Positions 50,044-59,230 of a DNA stretch of 64,000 nt are shown piece after piece; the first letter of the stretch is position 1, and each line of letters begins with the position of its first letter. Location: assembly GCA_965112635.1 (NCBI GenBank), contig OZ218778.1, positions 768,001-832,000 of the forward strand, in the 5' to 3' direction. A program made the position numbers and the translations under genes. Origin of the DNA: an uncultured bacterium (GTDB lineage: Bacteria > Oederibacteriota > Oederibacteriia > Oederibacteriales > Oederibacteriaceae). Under the pieces are notes generated by a model. The model had not been told where the DNA came from. It worked only from the letters and a program-made list of their open reading frames with translations, and searched no databases.

Positions 50044-52815
50044 TTGAGTATTCCCATCCGCAAGGCTTTTGTGGTTTTGGCCGGGTTCCTCCTTATTTTT
50101 ATCCTGGCAGTTTCCCGCCCTCCCCTCTATGGAGATGATTTTGATCAGGTTATGAAGGACACCATAGCAACGGAACAAAAGGGAGATGTTAATCAGGCTC
50201 TTTCAATAATCTCTCGGTATATTGAGTCAAACCCCAACAACTCAGGAGGATATATTGTCAGGGGAAATTGTTACGACATAAAGAATGACCAGGAAAAGGC
50301 GCTTGCTGATTATGACAAGGCGGTTGAACTGTCCCCCAATGATTTTACAGCTTATTATGACCGGGCCAGTATTTATAGCAGGCAAGCAAAATACGATTTG
50401 GCCATCAGCAATTTTAACAAATCCATCGAACTCAATCCGAACGATGGAGGCGCCTTTTATGACCTGGGTGCCGTTTATGATAAAAGAGGCGCTGAAGGAG
50501 ATATGGACAAGGCTGTGGAGTCTTTGAAACAGGCCATTGAGCTGGACAGGAATGACAAGTTCAGGCGGGATGATTTCAAAAGTGAAACATTGATCTTTAA
50601 GCACAATGGTATTTCAAAGGCTTTGAAAGACAAGTTGCGGGCATTGGGTTACGGACAAGGTTTTCCGGAACAAACCGAGGAGGAAAACCTAGAGGATCTT
50701 GATAAAAAAGCCTATTCGTTCATGCAAAGCAACGACTACAAGTCAGCCCTGAACCTCTATGACAAGGCCATTGAAAAAGACCCCAATAATTTCCGGCTGT
50801 ATATAGGAAGAGGGACCGCCTATAAGTGGAAAACTGATTTTCCCGCGGCCATCAGTGATTACAGCAAGGCTCTTGAGCTCGTTCCCACCAGCAGCGAAGC
50901 CTACATGGACCGCGGGAACGCTTATGAAAGGAACAAACAATACAACCTGTCCATCGCGGATTTTACCAAGGCCATTGGATCGAACCAGACGCCGATATTA
51001 TCCTATTGTTACAGGGAGCGGGGCATTGACTACGCCCTGCGGGAGCAGGAGGGAGACGAGGACAGGGCCGTGGACGACTTGAAGCAGGCCATTGAGCTGG
51101 ACAACAAGGACAGTAACATTCCCCAGCCATTTAAGACCGGTGTGCAGATCTACAAAAGGCCCGAAGTGTCGCAAAGGATCAGGGACAAATTGGCGGCCCT
51201 GGGTTACGGGCCGCAGGAATTCCAAAAGATGACGGATATCCAGGGCATGCTGGAGCAGGCGCGGGAAGACAACCGAAGCGGCGATTACGACCAGGCCATG
51301 GATCTCTGCGCCAAGGTCCTGGCCATGGACGCGAACAATAGCCAGGCCTATTTCATAGAAGGGACCACGTATTTTTTCAAAAAGGATTTCACCCATGCCA
51401 TAGAAAACTATGAAAAGGTGGCCCAGCTCGATTCTAAGAACATTTATGTTTTTTACAGCCTGGGGGCATGTTACCGGTCGCTCCATGACTATGAGCAGGC
51501 CATCACAAATTTCACTAAAGCCATCGAGAACAATCCGGACAATCCTAACTGCTATTCAGACCGGGCTTATTGCTATGTCAAAAGGAACGCCGCAGGGGAC
51601 TCTGACCTGGCCCTGGCTGATTTTCAAAAGGCGGTCACCATAGACCCGGCGTCCGTGCAGGAGGTTTTTGGAGGATGGATGTCCGAGTCTATCAGCAAGG
51701 ATATGAAAGACAAAATCCAGAAGATGATCAATGACCGGCAAAGCCAGGCCAAACCGCAGTCCTCTGAAGACAACACAGTGGTGGACAAGAAAAAAGGCGT
51801 GTCCAGTTCTCCGGCTGCCGGGCCCGCTGATGTTGAGCCTTTGCTCAATGAGGCGCGTTCGGCTTATGCCAAGGGCGATTATGACCTGACCATCACGGAT
51901 TGCGACAAGGTCATAGGGTTAAAGCCGGATGAATGGAAAGCCTACTTTGGCAGAGGTAATGCCTATTTTGCCAAGAAGGATTATGACCAGGCCATTACGG
52001 ATTACAGCAAGGTTATAGAACTCAAACCTGATACTCCCAATGCCTATTCCCACCGCGCCCTCAGTTATGTCAGGCAGGGGGCAGAGGGCAACAACGACAA
52101 AGCCATGGGAGATTTCAAGAAAGCGGTTGATATGGACCCATCCTCTGTCCAGGACATCCTGGACGGCACCATGTCGGTCAGCCAGGATTTAAAAGACAAA
52201 ATACAGCAGATGGTTAATGAGAAAAAAGGCGGGTCTAATCCTCGGTTTAATAATCCTGAGGCGGAACATTGGTTTAAAGAGGCTATGAAAGATTCTCAAA
52301 GACAAAAAAATGACCTGGCCATTGAGGATTGCAACAAGGCCCTTGCTCTTGAACCCAATAATCCAATTATTTATGAAGAACGTGCGGCGGCCTATGAGCG
52401 CAAAGGCGACTACGGCAAGGGCATCGCGGATTTAACCAAGTGCATAGAGCTACAGCCGGGGGAGTGGTGGCTCTATTCCAACCGTGGCGGGTACTATGCC
52501 GCTAGAAAAGACTATGGCCATATCAAAGTACCAGGAGACTGTGAAAATGCTATTGCTGATTTCACTAAGGCTATAGAGCTCAAACCGGATGATTATTGGA
52601 TTTATTTTGAACGCGGGGATTGCTATTTCAAAAGAGGGGCTGAGGGGGACAGCGACAAGGCCCTGGCAGATTTCCAAAAAGTGATGGAACTAGACCCCAC
52701 GTCAGATAAGTCTGCCGTTTATGGCTCGATGACCCCATTTGGGATCCAGGACCTAAAAGATAAAATTCAGAAGTTGGTTAGTGAGAAAAAAGGCCAGGGC
52801 AATACGCAGCAATAG
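50044..52815 (+). CDS. Secreted multi-module TPR protein
   Basis: Signal peptide; many AY..RG..Y....YD.AI.DY.KAIEL.P repeats; SD GGGAGG before TTG. Confidence 0.9.
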   Translation: MSIPIRKAFVVLAGFLLIFILAVSRPPLYGDDFDQVMKDTIATEQKGDVNQALSIISRYIESNPNNSGGYIVRGNCYDIKNDQEKALADYDKAVELSPNDFTAYYDRASIYSRQAKYDLAISNFNKSIELNPNDGGAFYDLGAVYDKRGAEGDMDKAVESLKQAIELDRNDKFRRDDFKSETLIFKHNGISKALKDKLRALGYGQGFPEQTEEENLEDLDKKAYSFMQSNDYKSALNLYDKAIEKDPNNFRLYIGRGTAYKWKTDFPAAISDYSKALELVPTSSEAYMDRGNAYERNKQYNLSIADFTKAIGSNQTPILSYCYRERGIDYALREQEGDEDRAVDDLKQAIELDNKDSNIPQPFKTGVQIYKRPEVSQRIRDKLAALGYGPQEFQKMTDIQGMLEQAREDNRSGDYDQAMDLCAKVLAMDANNSQAYFIEGTTYFFKKDFTHAIENYEKVAQLDSKNIYVFYSLGACYRSLHDYEQAITNFTKAIENNPDNPNCYSDRAYCYVKRNAAGDSDLALADFQKAVTIDPASVQEVFGGWMSESISKDMKDKIQKMINDRQSQAKPQSSEDNTVVDKKKGVSSSPAAGPADVEPLLNEARSAYAKGDYDLTITDCDKVIGLKPDEWKAYFGRGNAYFAKKDYDQAITDYSKVIELKPDTPNAYSHRALSYVRQGAEGNNDKAMGDFKKAVDMDPSSVQDILDGTMSVSQDLKDKIQQMVNEKKGGSNPRFNNPEAEHWFKEAMKDSQRQKNDLAIEDCNKALALEPNNPIIYEERAAAYERKGDYGKGIADLTKCIELQPGEWWLYSNRGGYYAARKDYGHIKVPGDCENAIADFTKAIELKPDDYWIYFERGDCYFKRGAEGDSDKALADFQKVMELDPTSDKSAVYGSMTPFGIQDLKDKIQKLVSEKKGQGNTQQ

Positions 52816-52824
52816 GGAGGCAAG

Positions 52825-54621
52825 ATGAATAACACGCAAGTCCCAGCATCAAGATCATTGCCAGGTATGATCCGATGTTTTCTTTTAATCCTTATTTTGT
52901 TTGGCCTATCACAAACAGCCAGGGCGCAGGATTTTGACCAGTTGATGAAAGATGGTAATGATGCTCTTTATAAAATTGGTATTGTTCAAAAAAGTAATGT
53001 TGATGAGGCTATTGCGGATTACACCAAGGCCATAGAACTCAAGCCGGATAATGCCGATGCTTTTATCAATCGTGGTCGTGCTTATCTTTTCAATCAAACC
53101 TATGATCAGGCGATTGCAGACTATACCAAAGTTATAGAACTCAAACCGGATAATGCCGAGGGTTATAATGGCCGCGGAGAGGCCTATAGACGTAAGGGAG
53201 ACTATGGCCAGGCCATTGCGGACTATAGTAGGGCTCTTGAGCTTAAGCCAATGGAAACTAGTATCATATATTATGAACGGGGAAATGTTTATTACTGCAT
53301 AAAAGATTATGATCGAGCTATCGCGGATTTTAATAAGGCCATAGAGAGTCGGAAAAATGGAACATTGGTGTGTGCCAACCATGGCGATCCCAATAAGGCA
53401 GTCCTAGCTCAGTATTATGGCTGTCTTGGTGAGGTTCAAAAAGACAAAGGAGCTTACCAAAAAGCTATTGAGGCCTACACCAAGGCAATAGAACTAGCCC
53501 CCGAACAAACAATACAAGTAGCATATTATTGCATCCCCCGTGGAGAAGCCTATGACAAAATAAACGCCCATGATAAGGCCATGGATGATTATAACAAGGC
53601 CAAAAAGTTGAATCCTGCAGCATTCTCTGGCCAAAGTCCATCAATGTTGATTGCAGGATATTATCGTGATCGTGGATACAGATATTTGGCTGATGGGAAA
53701 AATGATTATAAAGGAGCTATTGAGGAATACAGCAAGGCCATAGCGGTAAATCCTGATGATGCAGAGGCCTACATGCGCTGGGGAGATGCCTATTTTAATC
53801 AAAAAGATTTTGAGCACGCCATCGAGAACTACACCAAGGTGATAGAGCTTACTCCCACGGATATATATGTGTTTTACAGCCGGGGGTCTTGCTACAGGTC
53901 CCTCCATAACTATGAGCAGGCCATCGCGGACTACAGCAAGGCTATAGAGATCAGGCCGAGCAATCCCTACTCTTATTCAGACCGGGCCTATTGCTATGTC
54001 AAAAGGGGCAGCGAGGGGGACAATGACCGGGCTTTGGCGGATTTCCAAAAAGCGGCGGAAATGGACCCGGCGTCGGTTCAAAATGTTTTTGATGGCTGGA
54101 TGTCCGCATCTATTAGTCAGGACTTAAAAGACAAAATAAAGGCCGTGGTGGATAAGAAAAAAGGCAGGCCTAATGCTTTGGCCGCCGGAACTGAAGATGC
54201 TGAGCCTTTGCTCAATGAGGCGCGTTCTGCCTACGCCAAAGGCGACTATGACCTGACCATCACGGATTGCGGTAAAGTGATAGAGCTGATACCGAATGAG
54301 TGGAAAGCCTACTTTGGACGGGGTAATGCCTATTTTGCCAAAAAGGATTATGACAAGGCCATAGCGGATTACAGCAAGGTCATAGAACTCAAACCGGACA
54401 ATGCTAATGCCTATTCTCATCGCGCGATTTGCTATACCAAGCAGGGGGCAGGGGCGATATTGAAGGCCATGGCAGATTTCAAGAAGGCGGCTAATCTGGA
54501 CCCAGCCTCGGTGCAGGACATCCTGGACGGCACGATTCCGGTCAGCCAGGAATTAAAGGACAAAATACAGCAGATGGTTAATGAGAAAAAAGGACAGATT
54601 ATGTCAAGTTTTCGGGTGTAA
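52825..54621 (+). CDS. Secreted TPR protein (last codons replaced by IS sequence)
   Basis: Signal peptide ...TARA^QD; TPR repeats; IS junction at 54597. Confidence 0.9.
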   Translation: MNNTQVPASRSLPGMIRCFLLILILFGLSQTARAQDFDQLMKDGNDALYKIGIVQKSNVDEAIADYTKAIELKPDNADAFINRGRAYLFNQTYDQAIADYTKVIELKPDNAEGYNGRGEAYRRKGDYGQAIADYSRALELKPMETSIIYYERGNVYYCIKDYDRAIADFNKAIESRKNGTLVCANHGDPNKAVLAQYYGCLGEVQKDKGAYQKAIEAYTKAIELAPEQTIQVAYYCIPRGEAYDKINAHDKAMDDYNKAKKLNPAAFSGQSPSMLIAGYYRDRGYRYLADGKNDYKGAIEEYSKAIAVNPDDAEAYMRWGDAYFNQKDFEHAIENYTKVIELTPTDIYVFYSRGSCYRSLHNYEQAIADYSKAIEIRPSNPYSYSDRAYCYVKRGSEGDNDRALADFQKAAEMDPASVQNVFDGWMSASISQDLKDKIKAVVDKKKGRPNALAAGTEDAEPLLNEARSAYAKGDYDLTITDCGKVIELIPNEWKAYFGRGNAYFAKKDYDKAIADYSKVIELKPDNANAYSHRAICYTKQGAGAILKAMADFKKAANLDPASVQDILDGTIPVSQELKDKIQQMVNEKKGQIMSSFRV

Positions 54622-56031
54622 GTTGTTAAGTCCACGGGTAGTAGGTTAAGCAACATTTAGCAAGCCTTCCTGAACCAGATCACCTCCTTGAGATTTCCAG
54701 AGTTTTCTTTTAGACCAATTATCTTCCTGAGTGGTAGAAACAGACCAGACGATCTTAGCGACCTCCAATTCGGAGTGCATGGTGCCGGCAGCACGGGTGC
54801 GCCGTTTGATCTCGGCGATAAAGCGTTCGATGAGATTGCTGGAGCGGAGAGTGCGCCAGACATGCTGGGGTTCGTTCATGAAGGTGGTGAGGTTGTCGAA
54901 CCTATCGAGAGCCATAGCCGTAGCTCTAGGATAGAGTTTCATCCAGCGAGCTTGGAGGCGGCCAAAGGCCTGGAGAGCCAGTTTGCGGGAATCGGCCCAA
55001 TAGATAGCTTTGAAATCGTTAAGGAAGGCACCCCAGTCACGGCGAGGCATAATGGCTCTGAGGTTTCGGATCTTGTGGACCAGGCAGAGCTGGTGAGGGA
55101 CAGCCAGGAGGTTTTTGACGGCCTGCTCAATGGCCTTGTGTTCATCGGAGATGACGAGCCTGAGGGTGTTGCGGTTAAGGCCTCTTTTGAGGAGGTCATT
55201 GATAAAAGCCTGCCAGGAGTCCAAGGACTCTCTATCGCCGAGAAGGAAACCCAGGACATGGCGATTGCCAAAGGAATCCATGCCTAGGGCGAGCAATAGA
55301 GCTTGTTTGGAGGTAAAACCAGGTCTTCTGACAGGCAGGTAGGCGGCGTCCAGGAGCAGGTAGGTGATGTTGGGAGGAATGGGACGATTCATCCACTGAC
55401 GGATGGCTGGCTCCAAGGCGTTGGTGAGAGTGGAGACGGTGGAGTGAGAGAGCTTTGTGCCCAAAGCGGCATTTATCTCAGCGGCGGTAGAGCGAGTGGC
55501 AGCGCCTTTGAGCCAGAAGCGGATGGCGAGGAAGGAAGCCAGGCCTTTTCCAGCTTGTTTGAGGGCGGTAAGCAAGGGCGAGTGAAGGGACCCCTGGCGT
55601 AGAGCTGGTTTGTGCAGAAAAAGTCTGCCAAAAAAGCCGGGGACAGAGGTGGATTTAAAACCGTTTCTTTTAGGGCTGTTTTCAAGGCGTTCATAAGGCT
55701 GACGGCCCAAAAACTCGTCCCTTTCAGCCTCCAGTTGAATATCTAAAGCCTGGGCAATGATGGCATTGACCTCCTGGCCAATTACTTCCAGAGCGACACC
55801 GGGCTGAGCGATCTTCCTGACTTTTTCTCTGATTTTCTGGTTCGTATAAATCTCAATTCTTTGGGATAATGACTTCACGGGTGTAGACCTCCTTTTAGTT
55901 TGGGTTTGGTGACCTAGACAATCACCTAGTCTACGCCCGTGGACTTATTTTTGGGGCCGCAAGGTTAGATTGCTGCAATCTAACCTTGCCTTTCCCCTCG
56001 TTGAAGTTACACCCAGGAATGGTACACAACC
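54597..56031 (-). mobile_element. IS256-family insertion sequence, 1435 bp
   Basis: Imperfect IRs GATTATGTCAAGTTTTCGGGTGTAAGTT / GGTTGTGTACCATTCCTGGGTGTAACTT; 8-bp TSD AAAGGACA at 54589-54596 and 56032-56039. Confidence 0.92.
54646..55878 (-). CDS. IS256-family (mutator-type DDE) transposase
   Basis: YER....KRNG, LDAAY, ES..SW, LVISDEHKAI, QLCLVHK.RN, RSSNLIERF..EIKRRTR. Confidence 0.93.
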   Translation of the reverse strand: MKSLSQRIEIYTNQKIREKVRKIAQPGVALEVIGQEVNAIIAQALDIQLEAERDEFLGRQPYERLENSPKRNGFKSTSVPGFFGRLFLHKPALRQGSLHSPLLTALKQAGKGLASFLAIRFWLKGAATRSTAAEINAALGTKLSHSTVSTLTNALEPAIRQWMNRPIPPNITYLLLDAAYLPVRRPGFTSKQALLLALGMDSFGNRHVLGFLLGDRESLDSWQAFINDLLKRGLNRNTLRLVISDEHKAIEQAVKNLLAVPHQLCLVHKIRNLRAIMPRRDWGAFLNDFKAIYWADSRKLALQAFGRLQARWMKLYPRATAMALDRFDNLTTFMNEPQHVWRTLRSSNLIERFIAEIKRRTRAAGTMHSELEVAKIVWSVSTTQEDNWSKRKLWKSQGGDLVQEGLLNVA

Positions 56032-56067
56032 AAAGGACAGGCCAATCCGCAGTAAAAGAGAGGTAGG

Positions 56068-57264
56068 ATGAAGAGCGCGCCAGTCCCGATATCAACGTCA
56101 TTTTCCAACACCCTCAAATGTTTTCTTTTAGTCCTTATTTTGACCGTCATATCCCAGACCGCCCGCGCCCAGGATTTTGGCCAGGTGTCCAAAGAAGCGG
56201 AAGAAGCGGCGAACAAAGGTAATTTTGACCAGGCCATCCTTATTTATTCCAAATACATCGAAGGGCACCCCAGCGAAACAATGGCCTATCTAAACAGGGG
56301 AGTGGCCTATATGAACAAAGCCATGACCGACAAAGTCCTGATGATAAGCGCCATTTCCGATTTCGATAAAGCCATCGAGCTTGATCCCAAAAATACTTCA
56401 GCCTATTACTTCAGAGGAAAGACCTTTTTCATGCAGCACAATTACAGCCGGGCTATCACCAATTACAACAAAGTAGCTGATCTCAATCCAAGTTCGATGA
56501 AAGCCCCCGTGCTTCTTGAACGCGGCATCGCGTATTGTAAAAGAAACAGAGAAGGGGACATGGACAAAGGCCTGGAGGACTTCAAGCAGGCCATTGAGAA
56601 GGACAAAAACGATAAAAGCATCCCGGAAATTTCCAAAAGCGAATATTTGGTTTTTAATAACAACAATGTTTCGCAGGAAGTGAAGGACAAGCTGAAGGCC
56701 ATGGGCTACAGTTCGCATAGTTGCGAGGACAGTCCGGAGTCCCAAGGTATGCTGGCACAGGCCCAGGATTTCTACAACAAAAAGGATTATGACAAGGCCG
56801 TGGAAATTTGTAACAGGGTTTTAGCGATGAACGCGATCTGCACCAGAGCCTATTTTATAAGAGGGGACGCGTATTTTGACAAAAAGGACTTTAATAACGC
56901 CGTTGCGGACTATGACAAAGCGGCTGAGCTTGACCCTAAAAATATCTATGTTTTTTACAGTCTAGGCGCATGCTACCGGTCGCTCCATAACTACGAGCAG
57001 GCCATTGCGAATTTCACTAAAGCCATTGCGAACAGGCCGGACCATCCTTACGGCTACTCAGACCGGGCTTATTGCTATGTCAAAAGGAACGCCGCGGGGG
57101 ACGCGGACCTGGCCTTGGCTGATTTCCAAAAGGCGGTGACCATAGACCCGGCGTCCGTGCAGGAGGTTTTTGGCGGGTGGATGTCCGAGTCCATCAGCAA
57201 AGATATGAAAGACAAAATCCAGCAGATGATCAACGACCGGGAGATCGCGGCCGGAAAGAAATAG
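56068..57264 (+). CDS. Secreted TPR protein
   Basis: Signal peptide ...TARA^QD; TPRs; C-terminal module nearly identical to one in the 50044 protein. Confidence 0.9.
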   Translation: MKSAPVPISTSFSNTLKCFLLVLILTVISQTARAQDFGQVSKEAEEAANKGNFDQAILIYSKYIEGHPSETMAYLNRGVAYMNKAMTDKVLMISAISDFDKAIELDPKNTSAYYFRGKTFFMQHNYSRAITNYNKVADLNPSSMKAPVLLERGIAYCKRNREGDMDKGLEDFKQAIEKDKNDKSIPEISKSEYLVFNNNNVSQEVKDKLKAMGYSSHSCEDSPESQGMLAQAQDFYNKKDYDKAVEICNRVLAMNAICTRAYFIRGDAYFDKKDFNNAVADYDKAAELDPKNIYVFYSLGACYRSLHNYEQAIANFTKAIANRPDHPYGYSDRAYCYVKRNAAGDADLALADFQKAVTIDPASVQEVFGGWMSESISKDMKDKIQQMINDREIAAGKK

Positions 57265-57322
57265 CTCCAACCATGAGAGGGAAAATTCAAGTAAAGAGTT
57301 TGGAAAAATATAGATAAAAAGG

Positions 57323-57847
57323 GTGGCTGTGCTTAAAACTGAGGTTGTGACCGGGTTTGATGAGCAGGTCCTCCAGGACATCATCCAGATACAGCTGGAT
57401 TCGTTTCCCGCGGGATGGGCGGAGGGTGGGGATGAAGGGGACGGCCATTTCGAGGCCATGCTCAAGGCCAAGGAAAATGTTCATATTTTTCTAAAAGACG
57501 GGCAAAAAAACATCGGTTACCTATTAGCCATACCCCATAACATAGCCGTGGAGGAACTCAAAGACTGCGACCCCCTGATGCGAAAGAACCCGGGGGCTTA
57601 CTATATCGAGACCATCTCCATCCTGCCTGACCACCGGGGCCAAGGAGGATGGAAATTGCTGCTGCAAACCCTGGCCGGGGAACTCTTAAAAAAAGGGGTC
57701 ATGGAAATTACCCTGCACGCGAGGGTCTCCAACGGGTTCAGCCAAAAGGTCCAGAAAGAGTTTGTGGCACAAAAGATCAGGACCATCGAAAAGTGGAAAT
57801 ACTATAATTATGAGGAACCCACGGAATATCTTGAGGTAGAGCTATAA
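57323..57847 (+). CDS. GNAT-family N-acetyltransferase
   Basis: YIETISILPDHRGQGG (acetyl-CoA motif A), ITLHARVSNG. Confidence 0.8.
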   Translation: MAVLKTEVVTGFDEQVLQDIIQIQLDSFPAGWAEGGDEGDGHFEAMLKAKENVHIFLKDGQKNIGYLLAIPHNIAVEELKDCDPLMRKNPGAYYIETISILPDHRGQGGWKLLLQTLAGELLKKGVMEITLHARVSNGFSQKVQKEFVAQKIRTIEKWKYYNYEEPTEYLEVEL

Positions 57848-57859
57848 GTGATTTTGCTC

Positions 57860-57932
57860 GTCATTGCGAGCGAAGCGAAGCAATCTGGTTCTAAAGATAG
57901 ATTGCTTCGTCGCTGTTGCTCCTCGCAATGAC
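57860..57932. repeat. REP-like palindromic element (CGTC/GTCATTGCGAG type)
   Basis: GTCATTGCGAG...CGAAGCAATCT-loop-AGATTGCTTCG...CTCGCAATGAC nested inverted repeats. Confidence 0.8.
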
Positions 57933-57978
57933 ACATTTATTATTTTGTTTGTATCAATTTTAAAAAGGAGTGGTAAAG

Positions 57979-58464
57979 ATGAAAATAGGAGTGATGTCGG
58001 ACAGCCATGACAATATGCCGGCCATAGCCAAGGCCGTGGATTTTTTTATCAAGGAAAAGGTGGACCAGGTGGTCCATGCGGGCGACATCGTGTCGCCTTT
58101 TACCTTCAAGGAGTTCCAGAGGCTGACCGTGCCGTTGTGGATGGTGTTCGGCAACAATGACGGAGAAAAACATTTCCTGCGGGAGCAGATCAAAGGCCGG
58201 GGAGAGATCTTTGACCAGTTCTTCGCCAAGGAATGGGAAGGCAAAAAAATAGTGGTCATGCACGAGCCCAAATTTTTAGACTCGCTCAAGAAGAGCGGGC
58301 AGTACGACGCGGTCATCTACGGCCACACCCACAAGGTGGATGTGCAGACCGGGCCCGTGCTCGTCCTCAATCCCGGCGAGTGCGGAGGCTGGCTAAGCGG
58401 CAAATGCACGGTCGCCACCCTGGAACTGCCCAGCTTGGAAGTCAAAGTGGTAGAATTAAAATAG
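57979..58464 (+). CDS. YfcE/MJ0936-family metallophosphoesterase
   Basis: SDSHDN, HAGD, FGNND, YGHTH, NPGE. Confidence 0.92.
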   Translation: MKIGVMSDSHDNMPAIAKAVDFFIKEKVDQVVHAGDIVSPFTFKEFQRLTVPLWMVFGNNDGEKHFLREQIKGRGEIFDQFFAKEWEGKKIVVMHEPKFLDSLKKSGQYDAVIYGHTHKVDVQTGPVLVLNPGECGGWLSGKCTVATLELPSLEVKVVELK

Positions 58465-58472
58465 TCATATAG

Positions 58473-58509
58473 TAGTATTGCAATATTATTAATATAGTAT
58501 TACAATATT
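58473..58509 (+). promoter_or_regulatory. TA operon promoter/operator
   Basis: TTGCAA-17-TACAAT covered by two TAGTATT(G/A)CAATATT repeats 22 bp apart. Confidence 0.75.
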
Positions 58510-58527
58510 CATAAAGGAGGCACTACG

Positions 58528-58773
58528 ATGCGAAAATCCAAAGTAGCGAGTTTTTCCATACCCCAGGAAACATGGAAGCGTGCCGAAGAGCTTATGAAAG
58601 TGGAAAAGAGGAGCCGGAGCGAGATCGTTTCCGAGGCCATTGAAAAGTATTACACCATGAGGCAGTGGGATGAGCTGCAGACCGTCGGGGCCAGACAGGC
58701 CAAAAAGCTGGGGATCAAGAGCGAAGAGGATGTGGACCAGCTGGTCCATGCGTACCGAAAAAACAAAAAATGA
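58528..58773 (+). CDS. Ribbon-helix-helix (CopG-like) antitoxin
   Basis: SFSIP...RSRSEIVSEAI..Y, GIKSEEDVD; ATGA overlap with the PIN gene. Confidence 0.85.
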   Translation: MRKSKVASFSIPQETWKRAEELMKVEKRSRSEIVSEAIEKYYTMRQWDELQTVGARQAKKLGIKSEEDVDQLVHAYRKNKK

Positions 58774-59183
58774 AGCCTCGCCTGGTCATAGATACCAATG
58801 TCCTTGTTTCCCATTTCATCCTGCCAGGTCACAACCCCACTAAAGTCATGGATTTGATCTTGGCGGGGAAGGCAGTATTAATAACTTCAGAATTTATTCT
58901 GCAAGAGCTTGAAGAAGTACTCAAGAATAAAATCGAGTTCAACCAGCAGGAAGCAGCCAACGCCTGTTTGAGCATCAGGTCCCTGGCGGAAATAGTCAAA
59001 CCCTATCATGCGGTGGATGTAGTTGTTGGAGATGAAAGTGATAACCGTATCCTGGAGTGCGCTCTTTCAGGAAAAGCAGATATCGTAATTTCAGGCGACA
59101 AGAAACATTTACAACCATTAAAAGTTTTTAAAGGTATTAGAATATTGAGTCCGACTGAATTTCTTATACAATACATGCCATGA
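58770..59183 (+). CDS. PIN-domain toxin (VapC-like)
   Basis: VIDTNVLVS, DESDNRILECALSGKAD..ISGDKKHL, ILSPTEF. Confidence 0.9.
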   Translation: MKPRLVIDTNVLVSHFILPGHNPTKVMDLILAGKAVLITSEFILQELEEVLKNKIEFNQQEAANACLSIRSLAEIVKPYHAVDVVVGDESDNRILECALSGKADIVISGDKKHLQPLKVFKGIRILSPTEFLIQYMP

Positions 59184-59230
59184 TCTTTTAATAGGAACCA
59201 ATTTTAAAATAATTTCTGGAGGAGAATAAA

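Noticed and set aside
50044-57264. Diversity-generating retroelement behind the TPR near-duplicates
   Set aside because: No reverse transcriptase in the window; differences look mostly synonymous rather than adenine-specific
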